A DNA stretch of 64,000 bases from the NCBI GenBank assembly GCA_977030845.1, contig OZ365109.1, forward strand, positions 60,574,001-60,638,000, read 5' to 3'. Below, one piece after another: positions 35,801-46,892 of the stretch. This DNA is from Fimbriosthenelais zetlandica (Eukaryota). The translations under genes were made by a program, and so were the position numbers. Every line of letters begins with the position of its first letter. The first letter of the stretch is position 1. The notes below the pieces were generated by a model that was given only the letters and a program-made list of their open reading frames with translations, was not told where the DNA came from and did not search any database.

Positions 35801-38023
35801 CATGTACATGAAATCACTCGTTTTCAGATACACCTAAGTTTATTTTCAATATTATTAAATCCTTCTGACTAATGCGCCCAGTTTCTCTGAGACTAGGAAC
35901 TTTAAAACAAAATATTAGTGGGCATTTAATTATCGCCAGAAAAAATATAATTATTGGGATATTTCTATAAAAGTTCATTTCACATCAGAAGAAAAATTTT
36001 GTATAAAAATATCAGAAAGTAAACTTGAGCATAGTAGATAGATAGATAGATTCAGAACAAGGGCAGAATTAAATTTCTATACATTACATCCACCACCCCT
36101 AAATGCCTCGCATATCTAGATATAGATCGATACTTCATAATATATGATACATAATTGAGATATATATATCATATATAACTATATATCTTCTAATATTAAC
36201 TGCGCCTTCATCAAATTGAGTACTGCCAGAAAAATACTTTGTACAACAATATAATAGTCCGTCTGCCAATTATCCAAAGAAAATTAAAGTACATTCATGA
36301 TTTAACTATGGATATCATGATCATAAAAACATCGGAGTTTGTAACAGGTAATTCAAGCTATGGCTATAACATTCATGAAAATTATTATAATAATTATACC
36401 CCTGGGATGGGAATGGGAAGTGTCGTTAGCAATGTGGGTTGATAAATCTGGTTTTTCTAACAAACAGATGTAAGTTTTTCGTTCTGGTACAGTACCTTCT
36501 TCCTAACTGTCACAACCATATGGATATGGTTGGGACGTCATACATTAATTAATGCATTATTTTTCTACACGTGCACTGGCACAAAAAAGTAATTTTACAA
36601 TATCCACAACAATAAATTAACACAGATATAAAACGCTGTACAAATAATGCCATAACTTAACAGTATATCATACAATAAATATACATTAATAAACATTTAA
36701 CACTGGAGCAGATAGAGGAATCTCCCGCCATATTAGATTATCATTCTGTAGGAACTACATCATGCCCAATTCTCTTTCAAAATCCCTATCTATGTATTTA
36801 CATCAATGTTAAAGAACCAATGACCGTTAAACTTGGCAGAAAACAGATCCCCATCATGATTAGAATAATGTGTTAAATTGTCTGATGAGGCTATTGCCCG
36901 GAGTTAAACATAAGTAAGCGAATAAGTATCTCTAGACGTGTATGTTATACTATTGGAGTGTTCTACATATAATTTGTACTTCTTCAAACCACTCACAATT
37001 GCTGGTCCCCTGACCAATTTGGATGGCCATGTTTTTGGAAGTATCCAGATAATATTATTTGTTGTAAGTGAAGAAAAAAGGGAATTGTCTCTATTATAAG
37101 GACATGTACATGCAAGTAGGGATGAAAGTTTCTGGTTTAAACCCTGTCATTTTAGGCTACCTGACTCGCCCTTAAAACACATCTATTCAACCTCACAAAA
37201 TCCCTCAGACTTAAAAAAAAGTGATTTTCTACACGCAATACAGCTAGGTGTTATATGAAGTCGCATACATTTAATAGCTCTCTGTTGGTAGCCTAATTTA
37301 TGACAAAATAAAGGGAATATGTTCGGGACATGATCCATGAACTATACTATACATTTATGGCTTGTTGTATAGTGGAAGTTTTCATGTAGCGATGGGGAAG
37401 CTTTTTCGCATTTCCTATCAGACCATTACATGGAATATGGCGTGTCAGAAACATATCAGGAACACTCTATGACCCAATTTCTCCATTTTTGTTAGTTATT
37501 ACCCAAACGAATGGCCTAACAGATTAGTAATAAATAGGACAATGGCCAAGCAGGAGACACATTTTGACGTCACATTCAAGGGGTCGTGTCATTCCCATTA
37601 TAATATATAGCACCATATTAAGAGGCCCTCATCCCAACATCGATCTCCTTGCACTATAATAATAATCTGACAAAATAGATGCATTTCTCATAATATGAAC
37701 AGGACATAAAGTGTTATGAATAAGGGGGTATCCCGGGTTTCATCACTGTAAAGGACATCCCACCCAGCCCCAAAACGCAGTCTAGCCTATACATGATAAG
37801 TGTCTAGTAACAGTGGGAGTATATCATTATTATTATTAGAGATTCTGTTTTGTACAAAATCTTTAATACATATGGCAGTGGTAACAAGTGAAACAAAATT
37901 TTGAAAAAAGGGGAATGACCAAGCCAAGGGTCAAGCCCCTTTGTTCTGTGACCAAAATATTATCTTTTTAAAAAAGAAACATGTGAACAATGACTATAAC
38001 TCTCTAGATTTTCTTCCTCACTG

Positions 38024-38221
38024 CTACGACGAATTGGTCGTTATCTGCGTTGGGGCTTGCTGTGGCTTGCTGTCTGAAGGCGGTAGCATTGATTTGAGGG
38101 GAATTCGTTCGTCTACCATACTACTTTCCGTCAAACCGGGCTTGCGGTAATTTCCGTTATGGACGTCATCGTCCCTGGGATGTTGGTCTCCAGGCTGTGA
38201 TCTTGTCTTATCTGTTGAGTT
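38024..38221 (-). CDS. EGF-ligand terminal coding exon (65 aa plus stop)
   Basis: ttattgcag| acceptor; ORF track 38024..38227; TAG stop; followed by AU-rich 3'UTR-like sequence. Confidence 0.82.
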   Translation of the reverse strand, partial: NSTDKTRSQPGDQHPRDDDVHNGNYRKPGLTESSMVDERIPLKSMLPPSDSKPQQAPTQITTNSS

Positions 38222-41200
38222 CTGCAATAATGAAATTTATTAGAATTATATTTAAAATAGAACAGAAAGTAGTCATAACATAATAGATTATTACTGTAAT
38301 TATTACTGTAACACCATAGACATGATTTATAGTTATGGTTAATAATAAAGCCTTAATTATTATTTCGCCACTCACTTTTAATAACACTGCTAGTAGTGAA
38401 ATAGGCTATATATATTATCCATTCATATAAGTTATTAATATTCTTAATGAATATACATGTATTCACTAAAATTCGAAAATGCCAGTGGCCTAATTAATAT
38501 TTTTAATGAATATATACATGTATTCACTAAAATTCGAAAATGCCAGTGGCCTATATAAATATCACATCTCGGAACTTCAGAAGTGCATTTTAGCATTTCT
38601 TATACATGTAGTGTCAGAAGGGTTAGTACAAAACGTCGTATGTTATACATTGTAATTTTTCTTTTAAAAAATCCTTAAAATTAAACACGTCTAGGCCTAT
38701 ATTTCAGAATGATAATGCACCACAGACGGGAAGGACATGTTTTTCGCCATAACCTGTCAGATCGAGGATAGAACAAACATAAAAATCCGGTTGTCAGCCT
38801 TTCCCCTTTGCACATGATCTAAAGCAATTTCTTAGGTTTACACAAAATGGTGCACGTTCGAGGCGCCAGCTTGTTTTATGAGAGGTGAATAGTTTTAAAA
38901 TCTGATCAAGAAGACATCTTGTTTTTGGGCCAGGCCACCATATAGAGGCACAGCAGGTGTGCCGGGGAACAGTTGACATTGAAAGGTGGCCATGTTCAAG
39001 TCACGCAATCTGTATCCCTACACCCAGTGAAACACCATGTCTTGTTGACCAAAATAATTGTTAAGTCAGGCTTTCAACATCTGCTGCAAGAAGATCCAAT
39101 TCATCATTTGGAAAATTGGAATTTTGAATAGATTTACCATCACACGTGTTATTCATTTCTAAGCTACGAACCCACTACAAAATTATGCAGTGTTAACAAA
39201 ATAATCAGTGACCTATAAGGAACATAAGAATTGTCTTCACTCTGATTGAGAAAAAAACATGTAGGCCTTATTTAATAAATAATTCCACAGAAGTGATACA
39301 AAGTACCGTGATATTTCCTAGAATACCGTTCAAACAAAATATGACTCTGGACATTGTTAGTGTTAGGTCAGGTCCATACTCAGTCAAGAAAAGGCTATTC
39401 ACTTCACCGTGGAAATAAATGTTAATTTTCTTTGAATATGCCAATTTTTCTAAGTAGCCTACCAGTAGGCCTACCCTATAGTAATGTCCATGGGTGAAAT
39501 GGATCCCATTTCCATTAAGCTAAAGCCATTCCTCAAAAGATTAGAAAGTACAAGAGAGAGTTAGTATAAATATGGGCAGTGGTCTTGGGTAGGAGTTCTG
39601 CTGAGATTTCCCATGCATCATGTTTCTTTTTAGTGTGTTAAGGATATGAACGTAGACATCCCATGTAAAGGCATGCTTCCCTTAGTTTTGTATTTGACAG
39701 TGTAAGTTAAATTTGATTAGTCCAAGTGAGATGTAATGATTACTGGTCTTAAGAGGGTTCATTCAATATATTAAGCATAATTGAATCATTATAAATAATT
39801 ATCCTACACTTACTTTTGAAGGCGAGTTCATAATTAGGACATAACTTTAGTAAAGCTATACTATATAATATATTAGTTAATCAGTAAAGACAGGCTGCAA
39901 TTTTTCCCCATCCTTCCACATAGAAGCTGATATTTGATATTTTGTCCTTGCTGTCAGGGAGAGGTTTGATCTATTGAGATCATTCTTACCTGTCCATTTT
40001 CTAATAATCGAGCATCGCTGTTTGTTGCTTGAGAAGTTCTTGGTTGCTTACGTATCCTACATACACACAAGAAATACACACAAATATTCATTTTTTGTCC
40101 ATTTCAAGAACGGGGGGTCATTTGATTTCCCCATGGTTTCAAATTGGCAGCTGAGCCTGTTGATGCTTTGGTAAAATTTTCAGCCATCACGGAAAAGGAC
40201 TGGGAATGATGGACAACTTTAGAGGGACACGTGAGTCTGTAGAAGGGCTGTACATAAGAAAAGCCCGAAGATGAACGTAATCAAAATCTGGTCTTTTGCC
40301 AAGCATTATTACAATAATGTCCAAAATAAAGTGTAAATTGCTCAGAAGCAAACACTAAATTTGTACCATTAGTCACAACGTCAAAAAATAAAATGAAATT
40401 TGTATTTTAATAATGATTTTTTAAAGAGATGGACCATTTCAAAGTTTCACAGATCTTCACGAGACCAGATTAAGACGTGCAAGTGCTTTGATTAGGGGGT
40501 TGAGGGACTGAGTGTTTATATATGGAACCCTGGGCTTGTGATTTCTAGGTTTGTGGGTTTCTTGCCTATCATAAACCATGGACCTGACCTAAAAGAATCA
40601 ATGTATCGCCTCTAGGTCAGTTTTCGTTATCCCACTAAAACACAGTACAAAAATAAACCACCTAAGCATCCTTTTGCTGGGGAAAACAAAAAAGGGGATA
40701 GGTTGATGTCTGACACCGAAAATACCCACCCCTCTCCGGACTGAACTAGGCCTGGAAAGGCTTTCCACAATTGAAGATCGGTTACAGAATGGTCTTCTAT
40801 AGAGTTCTTCTGCTGTAGCTTCAAACTCCCGATCTCGGAGCAAGTGTTGTTTTCTTTTATACCTTAAAGCGATATATATACCATACATTCATCATTGCTG
40901 TTTAGCGATAAAATATATTTTATCCCAGCTTTCTAAAAAAAATAAATAAAAAAAAAGTCTATCTAGAGGAATGAGGTAATCCATACACCAGAGGAGACAT
41001 GTTTTTAGGGTTGGTTTGGGATGAACTGTCAAGGTGGGTTTATATATATTATGTAGTTCATGAACGTATGACAGGGTGAGGTGTTGAGGATATAGGGTGG
41101 AAGGGCAAAATTACAACGTGCACAATCACAAGAAAAATGTCGGCGTGAAATGATTAATTCACTGGGCAAAACAAAGCAACCAATAATATTCAAGCAATAC

Positions 41201-44200
41201 AATTCAGGCTCAAACCAAATCATAAAACCATGAGAATACATCAATATATATAAGAACATACACAAATTGTACTTTAAAAATTCATATTGTATATAGAGGT
41301 ATATTATAATAATGTAATGCAGCATATCTTTCTTGATAATTTTTACGAGTACTTATCAGATGAAATTTTCTCTTAAGGTCATGTTAAGATGTCTTATCCA
41401 ATACGTTCTGTTATGGTATAGGCTTAAAAATAATATGTAATTAGTTGTTAAAGGTAAGAAATTAGATTAATATTATATTATTATGTATTTGACGGTTTTG
41501 AAATGTACATAGTGTTGAGGCAATAGAATGTCAACTTACCTGAACCATACATATATTCCCAGGATTATTGCAAAGGAGATAAGGATAGCAACTGTAATAC
41601 CGCCTGCAAGCTGTGCTGTCCGTATTGGATTGTTTAAAACTGGGACTGTATCAAGGAAGAAAGAAAAATATATTAGGATGAACAAATAGGCCACGAGTCG
41701 GTTCAAAATACGTCAATGATTTCATTGCTTACTATTTTAATTCGAAAAATACTATAATAATACATTGTTTATGGACTATATTAATGGATATATAAATTTA
41801 TATTAAACAAAGATGGTAATACAATTATTTAAGATTCAAACTTAATTGTAATTATTTGTATAACTATAAGACAGGATTTATTAGGGATCACTAATGCCAG
41901 TGGAGCGGATATGTATTCAATGAGGATATAATAAAGGGAGTATTCCATGAAGAATAGCCACATAGTGCGTGGAGATGGGAAAAGTCCCGGTGTGGGATAA
42001 TAAGGAAAAAGGATGAGGGTGATATAAAAGGAACCAGGAATGGGGGAAGGGTTGCCCATTATTAGACTGGGAATAATTAATATCCTTTAAAGGTAATTAC
42101 ACCTTTAAAGCAAGCTTCTTTTTAAAAAAAAAACAAAAAACAACCTTATCTTAGATCATTAAGTACAAACATAGAAAGTATTTTAAACTTTCACTGTCGC
42201 AGAAAAAAAAAGTTATGTTCCTCTTACAAGTTAGACTTCAAACTTAATGGCCTAATATTGCTAAGGTGACGGAAAGTATGTACCTCTTAATTTGTATCTA
42301 ATACTACTGTTAACAATAAATTGAAAGTGCAACCAAGAAATATAATATTTTAAATACATATAAATATCAAACATACAAATTTACAATAAAGTGGACAAGT
42401 TCTAATAAGAAATATTTGAACAAGAATAATGCAAATAACTTCATCTTTCAGCTCACCAACTTAGAAATCTCTCAGTGGCTAACTTGAACTCTGGTTGTCT
42501 GTACCCAATAAAAGGGCATAATACATGTCGGCTTTCTTCTAAGATATTAAGGCATGAATGGTCTTTCACCACACATAAGTAGAAACACTCTGGCATAAAA
42601 TCCAGGCACGGACGTGGCAAGCCAACCGAACACTTCAGTTCAATTCAAACAAAACAGCACAAGCATGAACATCTTAAGAACGTTTTAAGGTTTCTAAATC
42701 AACGTCAGTAGAGAACATAGAACATATGTGTGCTCCCGCTATGACCGTATCCGGCATCAAACAATGTTTATATTTCGTTGTTCTCGGTTTTTATGTTTTT
42801 CCATTTCCTACTTACGTCAAAAGGGGCAAGGCAAAGGACATCCTTGAATGCCTACCGCATCCTGGCACTATATGTGATGTTAACACAGAATAAAATATAA
42901 GGCCAGGCATCTTGTTGCCAAATCAACTTTTATATCAGCCTTTAAGGAAGTAAATTCGTATACCTAATACAAATGGAAGGTTGGGAGGGAAATATTTAAA
43001 CACGAGAACACCATCATCATGACGTCTAGATGCCTTTTTGTGAATTGTGTTGATATCATCTTTGATATGATCTCAAAACGTAAGAAACCACGCCTAGAAT
43101 TTTAAAAATCGGAATGTTCTTAGTCTACTTAGCCTTCCTCCATTTTCACTTTCCCAAATGCGGGTCTATTCTGATAATCATAATAACGGAATAATGGAAA
43201 ATATTTCAATCTTTTACAACATTACATAATGTCTTCGTATTAACCACGACCAGTGACAATAAAAATAATTAGGGATGTTGAATCTCTTGTCGATAAGTGC
43301 TACGTTGGGATCCGTACTTTCACCATTAAGGAACCAACAAGGATGAAGGAACACGTTAAGTATTTCTACTTATTTTCTGGTTGTTTAACCGGTAGTTATT
43401 CGGTCATCACTTCATTCAGCCTAAGTTATTATAATAACATCCCATCAATGGTTAGCTTCTTCCAATCTCATCCCATTCTCAAATTTCGCAGGCGTCCGTT
43501 TGCGCCTGCCCAGGAAGCATCTGCTACAGGATCCATTAGACAAGACATGTGCCTTACTGCCACCGGCCACGAGCTAGCGCTAATTGCGTTAATTAAGGTT
43601 AATTAATGAAAAAGAATGGATAAGGCACACAGCAGGGGAAAATCGGGCCGATCGTGTGGGTCTCGAGCTGTAATATATGCTCAAGCACATGCGGCAACAG
43701 CCATAAATCCATGTCTCCGAATTACGAGACACCAGGAGTCTATAGACTACTAAAAAATTAGGATGACATTTTTAAAGAAAGACAAATACAATCCATTTCC
43801 CTCAAAATCCTCTCTTCTGGTAAATTTTAACTCGAGAGAATACACAAATATAGCAGTAAAAATAAATGTTATAATCAATGCCTTGGAACACATTAATTTA
43901 ACAGTTCCCTCCAATTGAGTAGCCTATGAACTATAATATTGTCACAAAAATATTCGTTCTCAAGTCGTGCCATCACAAAGGAAACTAAATAGCTTGCACT
44001 TATTTCTTATGGGACAACATGATTTCGTCTATCAGATGATCCCAATGCTTTCTGGTCAGAGGTGGATGGGAACAATCACAGTTATGACAAGCATTTCGTT
44101 TTGGATCCTGGTGTTTTACCTCCCGGAGTGACAGACAAGGCTAGGAGACGACACAATACCCCTCGGGCTATGAACATGGGCGGAACAAGAGCATGGAACT

Positions 44201-46892
44201 CCGATTACTCGATCTCTGGGAAAAGGGGAGCAAGTACTTATCCACATCACCGCCCCTACTATTAGATAGCTTTTATATGTTATTGTGGCACCAACATGGG
44301 GGCTAGAGTCGGTCAATGTTCACTCAGCAGAGGGTCAACAACCACATGTTGAATCAATCGACACAGCTGTATGTAATATAATGTATATGCTGCTGTAGCT
44401 AAATATGAAGTAATGCCAACATTATTTACAAGACAGCTCCCATATTAGAAAGCTGCTGAGGGGTGCAATTTATTCTTTGCCTGCCACGTGTTTCTTATAG
44501 CCCAAAATGGTACACATTTAATTAATTATCCCATAATTGAATTATGAATGCAGTCTTCCCCATTGTGAGTTTCCAGACATAAATTCCAAATTTCTTATCC
44601 TTGAGACTATTGTTATATCCCAGAACCAAAACAAATAGTCTTAGCTTAAAACCATTGGAATGACCTTCAGCAAAAGGCAGTTGTTCCTTGTTGTGGGCAT
44701 AGCCCTCCTAAAAATTATCTATCTTTTTTTTCTATTTACCGACAGAAATCCAAGCAAAAGAATCATGGCAACACTCAACACACCACAACAAGGATCATGC
44801 ACTCGAGCGAAGTATTTCCGTAAAGTGAAAACATCCTTTTTAATGGTATCACATGAAGGAAATAAGATCAAATACAACCAAAACAGCATCATCCATGATT
44901 GAAGGTGGGAATCAACAGAAAGACTAAGGGGTTCAATTCTAGGCATAATTTATACTACGGAATAAATCAAAAAGTCAGCAAATGAAAATAGTTGACAAAA
45001 CATTTAAAATGTGCTGAAAACAACATTGACCATCATTGCTTAATTCCTATAAAATGTGCTGCATCCAATATCTTATGTATAGGAACTTTTGCAATGGAAT
45101 AACTATCACAACAGTGGGTGGAAGGGAAAACCCCAGTGAAAGCATTAATTACCCAACTAGTTCATACTATGGAGACTAAAAATGACGTACATCTATGGAT
45201 GATGGGAAAAGCCAAGCAGTCATCAACATGCAATACTAGAGCATAGCGACTTACATATCCCAGGATCTATAAACTTGAACTCGCAACGCCTGCCCGTCCA
45301 ATCGACAGGACAGCTGAAAGTTCGCACAAAATGCAAAAAAGAGAGATATCTTAACTTTCTAGCATTCGACCTCTGGAAAAAGAAACTCTGGAATAAGCCA
45401 AAAAGCTGGCAATTTGTCTTCTTAGATCGCAGATGACATGCTTCCAAAGGCGTCTGCTCTTCTCTCCTGCTTTCTCTCTTCCTCTCTCTTGTTACAGTGA
45501 TGCTGCATAGCAATGCTTTTTTTTAATCTAACAGCTGGAAGGATTAAGGATTCCTCTATAAAAGGTGTTTCCCCCATAAGTCAGTTCTTAGGATGTCTAC
45601 ACCAAAGAGAGTGGGTCACCAGGGGACTGGAGTCCATCCATCAAGATCCATTCTGCAGACGACATTGGCATCTGTAGTTCTGCAGGTGACTGGATCCAAT
45701 CTGTTGGGGATGAGATTGGACCCAATCTGCTTGAGACACGACCCAGTCCCCTTGGTATAGACCCAGTATTTAATGGACACTAACAGAGTTAGGAGGGGTT
45801 CACATGCCATCAGCTACATTGTCATAAGGGCAGTGGCTGCGATGCATTGTTGTTAAAGATCTTTCGAGGGAAAAAATTATCTTACAAACTTCCGGTAAAT
45901 CTTTCCTGTGACAGCGCGTTCCAGTTGTACCGGTGACGCACCTAAAATGCAAGAGTGGAGCATCTATCTCATCTCCAATCTAGTATTTTTACACTTTTTT
46001 CTTCAGCACTGTTGTGTTAGTTCTTGGATATGTACAGGAGGCTATGGCGGTGGAAAGAAAGGAAGCATTTCCTGATGGTTTCCCAGTCTTTTTTGTTAGT
46101 GGAAGAGGTGGGTTAGGACAGGTAGGCCTCATTATTAGAGACATAAAAAACCTGCCGAGAGGATTGGACAGGGGTTCCTGAAGAAAGGGGGTAGAGAATA
46201 CTCCGCTCACTGTCAATGGATTGTTTTCATAGACTCATAATTCGCAAGGTAGACTTACATGGTGGTATATAACGAAATTCACACCGTTCCCCGGTGTAGC
46301 GATCTGTGCAGCTGTTATGATAGAGATACTTGTTTATAAGAGTCAAGCAGCATTTGTCTCAACAATAGGCATCAGTGGAAGTATGTCAAATGGATAAAAT
46401 AAACATAAACCGTAATAATTGAGGCAACTAGGATCAAACAAATTGTACATTGTAAAACCTTGCAATACAATAAAAAATTATTTAGTCATTTTTTAAAGGA
46501 ATTAATGCAATATCAATAACTGCTACTCCCGTTGTTAAAAACATGGCAAAATTTTGCATTAGAATGATCTTTATCTTAGATTTACTTCTAAAATATTGTT
46601 ATTTGTTATTTGTTATTGGGATATGATTACTGTTTTCTCCTAAAGAAATTCATATTTTTTTCAATGAAGAAAGGAATGATTAATTTCAAAGGTTTCTACC
46701 TGCAACCAATAATTCGGACTCCTTCCCCGACGCCTATGGAAGCAAAACATTCCCCATTATTTAGGCAGGACTTATTTGCCTTTTCTTGTAGTGTACATTC
46801 TAGTCTTTGACTTGCTGGCGTTGTGGAGAAATCTGGTAACATTGTAGGTGATGCTGTGGTAACTCTCTCAGCTGCTCGTCGATAACACCCTT
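38024..46892 (-). CDS. Single-EGF, single-pass transmembrane pro-ligand of the EGFR-ligand type (Spitz/Keren/TGF-alpha-like); 5'-partial; join of exons 46892-46700, 45313-45255, 41645-41540, 40056-39990, 38221-38024
   Basis: All exons have AG/GT boundaries and continuous phase. Translation: (E)GCYRRAAERVTTASPTMLPDFSTTPASQRLECTLQEKANKSCLNNGECFASIGVGEGVRIIGCSCPVDWTGRRCEFKFIDPGIFPVLNNPIRTAQLAGGITVAILISFAIILGIYVWFRIRKQPRTSQATNSDARLLENGQNSTDKTRSQPGDQHPRDDDVHNG...TTNSS*. Six-Cys EGF module C-x9-C-x5-C-x14-C-x-C-x8-C with GxRCE; intron between Cys4 and Cys5, as in EGFR-ligand genes; TM helix followed by the basic stop-transfer RIRK. Confidence 0.88.
38434..38553. repeat. Tandem duplication of a ~60-bp unit
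   Basis: ATTAATATT(C/T)TTAATGAATATA(TA)CATGTATTCACTAAAATTCGAAAATGCCAGTGGCCTA occurs twice head-to-tail. Confidence 0.9.
39990..40056 (-). CDS. EGF-ligand exon: cytoplasmic RIRKQPRTSQATNSDARLLENGQ
   Basis: tgtatgtag| ... CAG|gtaag; 67 nt, phase 2-0; bridges the TM exon to the long frame of the last exon. Confidence 0.82.
40598..40888 (-). mobile_element. Decayed L1-clade RT fragment in an EGF-ligand intron
   Basis: LYRRPFCNRSSIVESLSRPSSVRRGV...PFFVF (like LYxxxxSxVxxNGxxSxPFxVxRGVRQGCPLSPxLF). Confidence 0.45.
41540..41645 (-). CDS. EGF-ligand exon: juxtamembrane and transmembrane segment
   Basis: tacag| ... CAG|gtaagt; 106 nt, phase 1-2; hydrophobic ITVAILISFAIILGIYVWF. Confidence 0.88.
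45255..45313 (-). CDS. EGF-ligand exon: EGF Cys5-6 (CPVDWTGRRCEFKFIDPGI)
   Basis: actttcag| ... |gtaagt; 59 nt, phase 2-1. Confidence 0.9.
46700..46892 (-). CDS. EGF-ligand exon: N-terminal Cys, Ser/Thr-rich stalk, EGF Cys1-4
   Basis: ctttacag| ... AG|gtagaa; 193 nt, phase 1-2, 63 open codons. Confidence 0.85.
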
